Both the position numbers and the translations under genes were made by a program. The notes beneath the pieces were generated by a model that worked only from the letters and a program-made list of their open reading frames with translations, was not told the origin of the DNA and did not search any database. A stretch of DNA of 64,000 nt from Marsupella aquatica (taxonomy: Eukaryota > Plantae > Marchantiophyta), in contig OZ316892.1 of assembly GCA_973895155.1 (NCBI GenBank), positions 2,359,223-2,423,222 on the forward strand, written 5' to 3'. This document shows, one piece after another, positions 36,057 to 47,388 of the stretch (positions are counted from its first letter, which is position 1; each line of letters begins with the position of its first letter).

Positions 36057-37997
36057 CTCTTCTAATTTAGAATACTCCATTTCATTTTTGTCGTTTCATC
36101 TATCTATTCTAATGAGCAACTCTTCATGATTCCACATAGGTCAATAAAATTTATGTATATAATCAAGGGATCCTCAAATTAATTTGCAGTGATCTAATTA
36201 TGGCATTGCAATATAATCAAAATATAGCACTCACAATTGCATATATTAAATGTATTTCTTTGAAGGAATTTTTTGGAGAAATACACCATTGTATTGTATA
36301 CTTTATAAATTCTGGTAAACTGCAACAATAAGGATATTTATCTACGTATTACTCCTCAGTTGTTAGCAGTACTTGTGGAGGACACGTGTAATGCATTTTC
36401 ATTATTTTTGGTACATAACTCACTCGGCTTGCCATTTGAACATTAATGCAGATCAAAAAAATTAATTTCATCATTTGTCACTTGAGTAACAATAATGTTT
36501 TTTAATCCTCTCAGTAAGATAGAATACTTATCCTTTTAATTTACTACAGGACAAGAGAACTAGACTAGTTCCGGGATGAACAGAGTATAATGCTAGCCCA
36601 CCTGACTACTGTAGCAGGCGTGCTATTATTTAGATGTAATTATTCACTTATTTTGTTTACTTTTGGGGGAGTGTATTTATTGGAACTTATTGCTCAAAAA
36701 GTTTGGTAAGTTTTTGAACAGACAGAACCTCCTTAGACAGTTTCTTTCTAAATTATTTTTTGAGTGTTTTGCAGGATACCAGAGTACCACTGATTTGAGC
36801 TTTATTTGCTATGACTTGTCAACCCTCTACCTACCATCTGCAGTGAAGCCTTTCAACCGCTTGCCAAGCTCCAACATTGGCATTGATAATTCAGTAAGAG
36901 TATTTAATTTTATTCAGATTTCTGTGACCAGTTTTGTGCGCTATCTTATTGATGCTGGCAAGGGCTCTACAATAGTGGTAACTTGGTTCTCGAATGTGAA
37001 TGGTCAAAGGTTATTTCTACTTGCTTCTGGACTTTTAGGGGTGCCCATGTTGATTCGTCCAAGCCCAAAAAATTTCTCAGTCTACTTTTTCCAATATTTT
37101 GCTCATACATAATCAAAACCTGTGTATGAGGCCTATTTCAATAGAAGACATCATTTCCCAGGACATTCTCAGGGTGCTGTGTCTGGCGCTTCATTTGCTC
37201 CCCATTTCCTGAGACTGCCTGCTTATTGTACCAGCCCACCTTCTTGGGAGGCCAATGCCGGGTGCCAAATTATTTTTTGATTATTTGCTATGAGCCCTAT
37301 GCCCATGCGTTGAGTGATTAGCCAGGAAAAGTAGGAACAGCAAAGCAACGATTGTGCAGGTGTTTAAGGTGGATTGAACAGTGACAGAAAATTAGTTTTC
37401 AGCGACCAGCCAGGGCTTCTTCCTGCCCAGACTACAGTTCATAAACAGACAATCGACCAAAATGAGCGGAATTGGATACATTAGTCTGTACAGTTGCTCA
37501 AACCAGGTTACTCGTATAGTAACTGAGGACGGACATGAGAAACAAGCAAGAGGGTTTGTGGGTGGCTTCACCAGACGTTGGGTGCACATTCATTTGCCCT
37601 CTTATAATTTGCCTCTAAGATTAAATCCAGACAGTGTAATGAGTGGGAACTGTTGTACTTGTCTTTACAAGAACTTGGGACCCATTCAGGTCTGTTTTCT
37701 ACCAATCCTATATAGCAAACAATGGGTCCAAGTAAATGGTGATGCGGGGTGCTCAATTGTCCAGAAGTTTAGAGTTTAGACCACCTGCACTTTGGTCATA
37801 ATATTTTCTAAAATTTGTCCCCTTCATTTCAAGATATTTGGTATGGAGTCTATGTTTAGAATACAAAGTGATCCATCAATTTGCTTGGGTTCAAAATCAC
37901 AAGTGCCCCAGTGTCTTGCAATTGCTGCCCTCATAAACATGAACAAAAAAGTTCACAAGTGCCCCCACCCTCTTGTAAAGCCACCCTCAACAAACAC

Positions 37998-38135
37998 TCA
38001 ACAAAGTTCTGACTTCTGGACTCTAAATTGTCGACCCTCAAAAACACGAACAAAGTTCTGACTTCTGCACTCTCAATTTTCGGCCCTCAAACACACGAAC
38101 AAAAGTTCTGACTTCTGGAATCTCAATTTTCGAGG
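37998..38135. repeat. ~50-bp tandem repeat, about 3 copies
   Basis: ACAAAGTTCTGACTTCTG.ACTCT.AATT.TCG.CCCTCAAA.ACACGA is repeated. Confidence 0.85.
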
Positions 38136-39008
38136 ACATGACACAAAACGGCTCCAAGCCGCCAAATGATGTGATTGGCGTTGCAAATGGCACGCAACAA
38201 TCGATCTGCTCCACTCTGGAGAGAAAGAAAAAAATCAGTAAACCAGTCCGCTTCTCTCAGCTTTTCTATCGCTTCTCTCTCATCAATCAGCTCTGTTCGA
38301 GGAGGTGACGCAAAACGGCTCCAAGCCGCCAAAATAATGGACTTCTCACGTACGAGTGAGAAGCGAATGATGATGAGTGATGAGACGACGAGAAAGACTG
38401 AAAGAGGGACAGGGAACCGAAATTTAAGATTACGGAGCATGAGATCATTTGAGAGGGTTTGAGAGCGATGAGAGCTACAACAGACTGAGGACACTACTGG
38501 GTACTGTACAATTCTACCAGTAAGTTGTAGCAGAAGCAGCTGAGCTAAGCTGACCGATCTACCGGCCCACAGGCTATGCCCAGCGCGCAGAACCGTCTCC
38601 TCGTACACAACTCTTCACTGCTGCCGCTCGTCTGATCTGAGCTGAGCTCAACGCAGTAGCAGCAGCATTAGCTGAGCGGGGAACGAACGGTCTTCTAGAT
38701 TTCTCGTTAGCTCTCTCTCTCTCTCTCCCATGCCAATGCCAGCTCTCTCATCTCAAGCTCAAGTGTGAGAGACTCCAAGTTCCATGCATCATTGTAATAG
38801 TGGCGCAGGGAGAAGCAGTGGCATTGTGTGGCACACTTGATTTTTCCGAGGCTTGAGTTGTGTGGCAGATTCCGAGTTTCATCATCATTGGCATAAGTGG
38901 AGACTTGCATTGCGGCTGCCCCTTGGTTTTCGGGAAGAACCGGCATTGGGGGAGAGATATCTTTGTTTGTTTAGCCAGGGCGTCAAGGACCTTTAGAATC
39001 TTGTTCCA

Positions 39009-40550
39009 ATGGGATGGGGTAGGCGTTTTGCCCATGTTTGGACTCTCGTCATCGGCCTGGGAATGCTGGGTGTGGTTCTCCTCGGAGTTCCAGCTGATGC
39101 CGCGTTTGTGGGAGTTGTCTATGGATACACCGACAATGGGCCCTCTCCGAGTGAAGTCGTCCAGCTGCTCACGCAGAATGGCATCTACCAGGTGCGGATT
39201 TACGACACGAACCCCCTCGTTCTATCCTCATTCGCAAATAGCTCGCTCGAAGTTATGGTCGGGATCACGAACCAGGAGCTCCCGGACGTCGGTCAATCCA
39301 ACATCACGGCTGCCGACTGGGTGAAGTCTAACCTACTTCCTTACACTCCATACCTCAATATCACCGGCATTGCCGTGGGAAGCGAGGTTCTCACCAGCGG
39401 GAGTGGGAACCTATCGTCAATGCTGGTCCCAGCGATGAGATACGTCTATGCGGCTCTCGTCGGCGTCGGCCTCGAGTCTCTAATCAAGGTCACGACGCCG
39501 CACAATCTCGAGGTGTTGGAGAACTCATATCCTCCGTCGCAGGGCGCGTTCAACACGACCTTCCTGCCCGTCATCGTGCCATTGCTCAACTTCCTCTCCG
39601 TCACTGATTCCTTCTTCCTGGTGAACCTCTACCCCTACTTCTCGTACGAGGCCAATTCCAAGAACATCGACCTTGCGTACGCGCTCTTCGAGCCAAACGG
39701 TGGTGTCCCAGATACTTACAACAGCAACAACAAATACTATAGCCTTTACGACGCGTTGCTCGATAGCGTCATCTCTGCCCTGGGCGCGCAGAATTCCTCG
39801 ACGCTCCCCATCGTCGTCGGGGAGACGGGGTGGCCTTCCGCTGGGGATCCGAACGAGGTCGGATGCTCCATCACCAACGCAGAAGCGTACAATGGAAATT
39901 TCGTTATGCAGGTCTACAACAATACGGGCACGCCTCTGAGACCTTTCGAAGCCTCCAGCGCATACATCTACGAGCTTTTCAACGAGGAGACTCGACCCGG
40001 ACCCCTCTCGGAACGTAGCTGGGGCTTGTTCCACGCCAACACCACGCCGGTGTACGCCATCGACCTCGCGGGCTCTGGACGAAGTATCGTCGGGGGTAAC
40101 GCGACCGTCAACGCAACCTGGTGCATCGCCAAGGTCGGAGACGCTCCCCAGGATCTACAGAACGCTCTGGATTACGCCTGTGGCGATGGGGGAGCGAACT
40201 GCACTGCGATCCAGAATCAAGGGCCGTGCTGGTTCCCGGACACGGTGCAGTCGCACGCCTCATATGCCATGAACTCATACTTCCAGAAGATGGGGGATGA
40301 TCAGGCCTCCTGCGACTTCAAAGGCCTGGGTCAAGTTACGTTCGTCGATCCGAGCTACAGCGGATGCCAATACATTCTCAACGTGACGGCACTGAATCAG
40401 AATACTGGTTCGGGGAGCTCCACACAATCCAGTGGTGCCCACCTTCTGCGGCAGCTGGAGACGGGTCTGCTTGCGACCTTTCTTCGTGTTGGCTTCGTTC
40501 TAGTTGTAAGTTTTGCTGGCCACTTTTTCTTACACCTAAGAAGTGGCTGA
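39009..40550 (+). CDS. Glucan endo-1,3-beta-glucosidase (GH17 + X8/CBM43, signal peptide, probable GPI anchor); intronless
   Basis: Signal peptide, FVGVVYG, VRIYD, IAVGSE, NLYPYF, VGETGWPS, YIYELFNE, WGLF; X8 WCIAK...ALDYACG...C..IQ..GPCW.PDT...HASYAMNSYFQ...CDF; Ser/Gly linker and hydrophobic tail. Confidence 0.96.
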   Translation: MGWGRRFAHVWTLVIGLGMLGVVLLGVPADAAFVGVVYGYTDNGPSPSEVVQLLTQNGIYQVRIYDTNPLVLSSFANSSLEVMVGITNQELPDVGQSNITAADWVKSNLLPYTPYLNITGIAVGSEVLTSGSGNLSSMLVPAMRYVYAALVGVGLESLIKVTTPHNLEVLENSYPPSQGAFNTTFLPVIVPLLNFLSVTDSFFLVNLYPYFSYEANSKNIDLAYALFEPNGGVPDTYNSNNKYYSLYDALLDSVISALGAQNSSTLPIVVGETGWPSAGDPNEVGCSITNAEAYNGNFVMQVYNNTGTPLRPFEASSAYIYELFNEETRPGPLSERSWGLFHANTTPVYAIDLAGSGRSIVGGNATVNATWCIAKVGDAPQDLQNALDYACGDGGANCTAIQNQGPCWFPDTVQSHASYAMNSYFQKMGDDQASCDFKGLGQVTFVDPSYSGCQYILNVTALNQNTGSGSSTQSSGAHLLRQLETGLLATFLRVGFVLVVSFAGHFFLHLRSG

Positions 40551-41692
40551 TCATTGAACCGCATTTTGAGACACATGCATTGTTCTCGGGAATGCCAACA
40601 TGGATGGCAGGTCTTGGTGAATGTGAAGCCGGATTCAGTGGTCTCAGGCCATGAAAATGGTTTCTTTTCCAACTACACTTGGATTTCTCGAAGGGTTAAT
40701 AGGTTTCCCGCTATACCCATTTTAGTAGGGTGATTCGGCCGGCTTTGTAGATATACCGGAGATCGGAGTGCACGCTTTTTGAGGAGAGTCCCTTTCCTTC
40801 CCCACAAGGATAAATTCTCTGGGCAGCCGGTTGATGTAATTCCGGAAAATTTTGATTTAGGAAGACGAAATTAAATCTCAGAGTCACGTGTTTTGAATTG
40901 GAGAAGAGATCCGGAAGATTAGGAATATGAGAAGAAATTTTGGCATACGTCTCCCGCATTTTGATTCATGAAGACGACATTGTACCGAAAAGTATCTTAC
41001 CCAGACAACTGGTGTTTGCCAGGCCTAATTTGATGTGAAAGCATTCATCTATTAGATGCGTGTATATGGTTCAGAAGTGTCAGCATAGGGAACAACATTT
41101 CTGTACCAGATAAATTAAGATCTGTTTTCGTTCCGGAAAATGAAGCAGCAGTATTGAAAAATCTCACAACAGCAGTCGCACATCTCAAATCATGTTTGGA
41201 TGAGATGAGTTGTCAGCAGTTTATCATACATGGGACCAAGAAACTGAGAATAATTGAAAGCAAACGAATGCTGGTAAAGTGGTGCTCAACATGGGACATT
41301 TCTGTACTTAAATTGATCATTTCAGCATCCGTAATGGTCGAGAAGCTTCCCCTAACTTAACCTTTCAAACTTCTGACGATTCGTCTTTTTGGAATGAAAT
41401 AATAGCGTTTACCTTATTCAACCAATATGCTGTGTGGTACTACTGTCTCGTGATATATGAAAATTGCACGTGTCTCTCTATGTGTTCAAATGGCTGCTAC
41501 TAGCATGTCTTAAAGTCATGGGTCTTGTTGCAGCTCAAATTAATTGCCTGCCTTCTGCTTTTGAAGTTGATGTTCTCTTCAAAAATACAAATTCAAATAA
41601 TCTATGAATAATCTCTTGACCCGCTGACAGAAGTAAAAAGAAACGAATTATTGTGTTGGTGAGATACTCAGGCGAGAAGGACCACTGATCGG

Positions 41693-44600
41693 TCAATTCT
41701 TGGCAGCCAAAAGATCCGAGACCTGATTTGTGTAGAAATCAGGCTGGATTAAATTTTCTGGGCTTTGCAAAGTCGTCAAGTCCGTCACTCCTGCAACAAC
41801 CCATGAACCACAACCTCTCAACACTTTTCACACAAACTACAGAAAAGGAGTCACATGTCAATCGGAGGCCACGTTTACCTGAGAGAACCAGGAGAGTTTT
41901 ACATCCACCGTTCTGACCAAATAGAATGTCGGTGTCTAGCCTGTCTCCCACCATGCATATCTGTGTCTTGCTGATTTGGAATCTGTTACAAAAGTCATTG
42001 TGAGCACATTAGTGCAAAGTTACGCTTCTGCACGTAAAGGGACTGAGTGACAGCAAAAGCTTTGAGAAACAATATAATGAAAGCGAGTGGTTCTTGAAAT
42101 TACTGATTACATCATACATTCTCATACCCAAAACTGCCATTCTCGAAATTACGATCAATCATGGTAGGTATTGGGAACTGTCGAGAGAAGTCAATCTAGT
42201 GTAGTTCTATGGACTTACTTGTTTGCAATATAGTCCATCATGAACGTTGAGGGCTTTCCAACCACAGTTGGCTCCCTGTTTGAGGAAACTTTCACGGCGC
42301 CAACCATCGTCCCTCCGGCTGGCCACTGTTGTGTCTCTGAAACGTTAGATACGCTGTCGAGGTTGGTGGCGATAAACAGACAACCAGGGTTCTTTAAACA
42401 AAGGGTTGCATATCTGGTGCACGAAAACAAACACAGTGAATAGGAGCTGTAAAGGGAAAACACAATACAAGATGCAAGTCTGGCACGGACACAAAGACAC
42501 GTAATTGAATTCCATTAACCGGACCACAAATTGCATAAAGTCAAGCTGTCACGAAGAGTTTGACGACAATAAATCAAACACGAGCTCAACTTCCTTCTGT
42601 TGCCTGGACAGAGTTCCAATAAAAATATTCTAGTTTCATTCCTTCATGAAAACCTCTACCGACATTGTTCAGGTAATAAAACCCTTGATTAAACAAAATC
42701 ACAGGATCCTGACTGGTAAGCAATGTGAAGGATACCCTACAGTGAAGGATACTACAGTGGCTGTCTGTTGATGATAGCAATTAAAATAGCCAGAATCCGT
42801 CCAGAGATGCAGTTTCCTCCCACTCAAGTTTGGTTTTCATACGACCATCATTTCCAGCACGAAAGAGAGGGTGAATTGTGATGTTTGCAGAAAACAGTGA
42901 CTGCAGCAAAATCCAGGAGAGGATGGTCATTTTGAATATTGCCCTGAGGACATAGAAAATAATCAAATGCTTCAGAGCCCCTTTGGCTGGAGAACGAAGA
43001 AGTTTGGTGGAAATCTCGCACATGGATGCGGTTTTAACAATACTTACGTTAGCTTGTAATAGTTGATATTTCGATCAAACCCAACAACGACAGCACCAAC
43101 CTGCTTGAAAAGCTTTTGTCAGTGAATACTGCCCTTGGTAATGGATGATGCAGTAACGATCCAAAAGATTCATGACTCATCTACACAAGAGCACGACTAA
43201 ATTCATCATGCCGATCTAAATGCAATATGGCCATATGAAGCACTCAGCCTCATGGTTTAAGCCTAACACCATAGTGAATTTGGCCTAGGTTCAAGCCTTT
43301 CATGTGCAGCTAGACTAGCTGTAGTAAGCTTGTTGCCTGGGTTACAGAAAATACTCAAAATATCCTTAAATGTAGTGAACAGACTTACATCGTGATCATA
43401 ATCTAAATCCTTAGTAGCTCCAGCGCCTATCTTCTTCTCGCCGTCCTCCTGTCAAAAAACAGAGATGCAATAAACAGCCAACCTTCCTCCCTCTCAGGAA
43501 ACGAGCAGGCTGGGGACCAATACTGAAAACATTTTCTGCTAGTTGCTTTGAGCACTGACTTGTTACGAATCTGAAAATGTTCTCAGAAGTGTCTGGAGAA
43601 TTTTCATTACCGGTCCACCAAGGTACCGTATGCCAGCTTGTTGGAGTTCCTTCTGTATTCCTTCCTCACCGACAACATAAACCTGGTGATGCAACAGCGG
43701 TCTACGTCTATGAATATAGCGAAGAGCACAATTTGTATATGAAAATGGGTAGTATAACAGGAACTTCATGATCTACATGCACCGAACGTGAGCTATCAAA
43801 TGTTTCCAACAGCTCTCGCTGCTCTCTAGACGAACAAGAAGAACAGAGGGCACAGGGGGGCAGATAGTTCGCCTCCACCTTCTTGTTTGCAGGGAAGTTG
43901 ACGGAGGTCAAGTAACCTGCGGCAGCAAAGGAGGAGGAAAAGATCTCTTCCTGCACATGAGACAGTTAGTATAGTTGAGACATCTGAGAAAACAGATTAT
44001 AACTCTTAGAATATGAAATAAAGATTCTGGTACCGTAACCCCAAAATTAAGGAAACATTGACATGTAGTGCAAATGGTTTAGTTAATAAACTCACTTCAT
44101 TTGCTTCTAGCCCCATCCTCTCGAACTGCTGGTGTAACATCTTCCTCGATTTTGTGGAGTTGTTGGTCACAAAGATAAGTTTCTTGCCCTTCCTATCACA
44201 AAACGTATGTGTGGCGCATTCAAACTATCAGAAGCATGACGTTCCATATGCTGCAAAATCCACAGTAGGCCCGACAAGAAAGGAGCGAAAATAAATCACC
44301 AATGTAAACCATGCCGTCTGTGTACTGACCGAGGCTCTCAGCAGGGCTAGAGTTTCCGGAACTCCATCTATAAGCTTTCCACCCTTCCATATAACACCTG
44401 CACCAAGAGAGCGGCACCTAACTATGACCGTCAATTTTATTTTTAGAGCTGACAAACACTACTCTACCATTAATTATGTTTGAATTTGAAAAACATTGTA
44501 CGCTATGACGTACAGGCTCATCAGGAAGACAGATAATCCACAATCTAACGGAAGATTCTATCAGTAATACCGGTAATTCATGGACTCAGGCCGAAATTAT

Positions 44601-45157
44601 ATGGGTTTTTTAGTTATATAATTGAATTGGTGATTGGGTATTGACATCCTGATTTTTAAAGGATGAAATGAGACTGAAAAAGACTACTGTTATTCAGGAG
44701 ACTTACCATCAAGATCGAACATGAAGGTCTTGATGTCGGCCATTAGTTTAGCAGCATCTGTTAAGAAGGAGGCGGCTTTCGTTTCTGCACATAGTAGCCA
44801 CTCCGCACTTTAGGAAATCATATTGGCTGCAGATCTAGTTCAGGCCATCATGCACACCTGCAATGCTCAATGACTGATCAACATCATTCAGCTTCACAGA
44901 TAGAGACTCTAAAGGGAAAGGTTACAGAAAAACATACCAATAGTGCCCGTCGCAGAAGTCATTGCTCTACGCAGGAAAGCAAATGGTGGAAAGCTAGCTG
45001 AGGTGTACGATCCCAAAGCGCCAGTTGTTGTCCTGCTCCACGACAATGAGTTTTCAGACGATGGGTAAACTCGGCTGCACAAGGTGCTCTTCCAGTGAGA
45101 GAACTCAATCGTACTTAATACAAGTCTGAATGAATCCTTACACACACGAATGCACAT
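41693..45157 (-). CDS. PGLP: Phosphoglycolate phosphatase (HAD class IIA) with putative organellar transit peptide; multi-exon
   Basis: Spliced exons give FMFDLDGVIWKG...LIDGVPETL, FVTNNSTKSR, EEIFSSSFAAA, VYVVGEEGI, VGAVVVGFDR, FIATNLD, VVGKPSTFMMDY, MVGDRLDTDILFGQNGGCKTLLVLSG and PDFYTNQVSDLL; TGA at 41695-41693. The start at 45157 is tentative. Confidence 0.93.
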
Positions 45158-46049
45158 CTGAATTTCTCCAGCCTGTTTCGATTCACTGATCCTAAGCTGA
45201 AGTCAGGTAATTTCATCAACGGGATCAGCAATTTCTTCAATTTGCTTAGTTGGGTGTTGAAGCAGATGGGAAATTCGAAGGATTCGAGGGATTCCAACAT
45301 GCAGGAGGGGGATTTCTTTTCGAAAAGCTCAAAATATCTCATTGGTGGCCGATTATTGGACCAGGTCAGGGCACATTTTCCCGCGCAGGGTGTGTGCCCT
45401 GGATCTGATGGCCAACGTACCGACGTGACCTTACTCAGGTTGTCTAAACTCGCCTCCGGTTACAAAAAACTAACCCCACAACCTGACCAGAGCAAATATC
45501 AGCTTCACTCAGGTTTTATAAGGGGATCATCTACCATGTGGCAAGGCACTATTGGCCCAAAACATGATGAGTCAAGCAGGCCCAGGTTTGTTTTTGAAAC
45601 AGGCCGGCGAAGAAAGAGCCGGGCGCAAAAATGGAAGGCCGGGAAGGAGTGGGTGGCTCTGTCATTGGGCCTGTGTTTGCTCAACACGAAGGCAGGGAGG
45701 GAGCCAGGGTGGGGCCTAGCCTTGCAAAATGTAAGGGAGCCGGCCCTGTACTCCCACATTTTTCATAATTGGAATGAGCCGGCCAGGGGTTAGGGCATTA
45801 CCAGCCAGGGTTCTGTGGGGGCAATAGTTTCTTGCCACCTGGCAGAAAATTAATGCAAATGACCTCGGGTTAAACCACCACTCGGGTATAAAGGCCCCCA
45901 CCAGGCTGCCCGTGTGTACGGGCCACTCTGCCCAGGTCAGGCAGAGTGTCGGGTGCCCTGGCATCACCCGGAGCTCACAGGGCCCAGCATCGCTCCCCCC
46001 TCCCCGTAGCCCCCCTCCCAGCCCTAGCACTTGGGCAACAGCGGCCGCT

Positions 46050-46640
46050 GCTGCAAGGAGCCAAGACTGGCTGGCTGCCATAGCCAGCTGCGAGCACCAA
46101 CCTCGCTGCTACGAGATGCTGCTCGACTTGCTCGCCTCCTGCTCGACTTGCTCGCCTCCTGATTGCTGACATGCTGCCTCCGCTCCAAGCTCCCAAGATT
46201 TCGTGGCTGCCATAGCCAGCTGCTCGCCTTCTCCTCGACCTGCTGCCAACCTCGCTCCCGACATCGTTGCTGCTCGACCTCGCTGCTGCCCGACCTCGCT
46301 GCTACTCACCTGTTGCTCACCTGTTGCTCGACTCGCTGCCACCGCTTTGAGCTCCCAAGAGTTCGTTTCCACCATAGCCAGCTGCTCGCCTGCTGCTTGA
46401 CTTGATGCCAACCTCGTCGCTCCCCTACTCCTCGCCTGCCTCTTGCTTGACTCGCTGCCAACCTCACTACTTGCCAGCTGCTGAACTTGCTCGCTTGCTG
46501 CTCGCCTGTCCCAACCTTGTTGCTGCTCCAACCTCGATCGTTGCTGCTCCGACCTCGTTGCTGCTCCCGACCTCGTTGCCATAGCATGGGGAAAGAAAGC
46601 TACTGTCGTTGCCAAGCTCGCCTTGTTGCCATAGCTTCTT
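46050..46640. repeat. Low-complexity GCT/CTC-rich degenerate minisatellite
   Basis: Recurring CCATAGCCAGCTGC, AACCTCGCT and CTCGCC units. Confidence 0.75.
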
Positions 46641-47388
46641 GTTTGCTCATCGTTTTACGACTTCATTTCTCCTCATTGTTAGGTCTCAATTTCTCCTGAT
46701 CACATCGGCTCAAATCGTGCAAAGAAGTGTTGCTGTGTTTTGCCCTTCAGCTCGACTGGAAGTTGCAAAACCTGTGCTGCCGTTTGTGAGCCTTGCTTGT
46801 GTTCATTCGGATCTATTGTGGCCTGGGTGGAGTTCCCTTGTCAGCATAGACGACATTTGTAACGGCAAGCCCATGAACCATCCAACGCACAATAGTCGAC
46901 ACAGAGAGATACGTGGTTCACCTCCACATGAGGCTACGTCCACGGGAACACACAAGAGCTTTATTGCACTCTAGGCCGACCGGCCATACCAAGCATCCAC
47001 AGCACAAGCTCTCCCTATCTCTCAACTAGCTCCGTAACAATGAGCCTAAGTTCCACCAGGGTCTGGCATCAGCCCTGGCTACATACACAACAGCACTACC
47101 GCTAACAATAGCTAAGTCCTAACCCGAGTTAGCCTAACTATAGTTAGCTCATGAGTCACAAGACTAGAGCAATATCTAACAAACTCCCCCTTGACTCTTG
47201 TCTTGGGGACTAGACTAAATGCTACCATATGGAATCCTCAGCGGGAAGTTCTAGACAATCACCAAACCAGGTCTCCCCCTAAAAACCACAAGGGTTAACT
47301 AAGGGTTAACTAAAACTAAGCCGTAGCCAAACAGGAATGAGTAATCCATATACAAATAGTCACACATTGCTACATAACTCTACTTGCA

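Noticed and set aside
36663-37779. Exon-like ORFs with plausible splice signals
   Set aside because: No recognisable homology or coherent gene model; may be decayed captured fragments but cannot be supported.
39525-40034. 169-aa antisense ORF
   Set aside because: Antisense shadow of the GC3-rich glucanase gene.
45716-46974. Many overlapping ORFs on both strands
   Set aside because: They arise from GC-rich low-complexity repeats with few stop codons; no recognisable domain.
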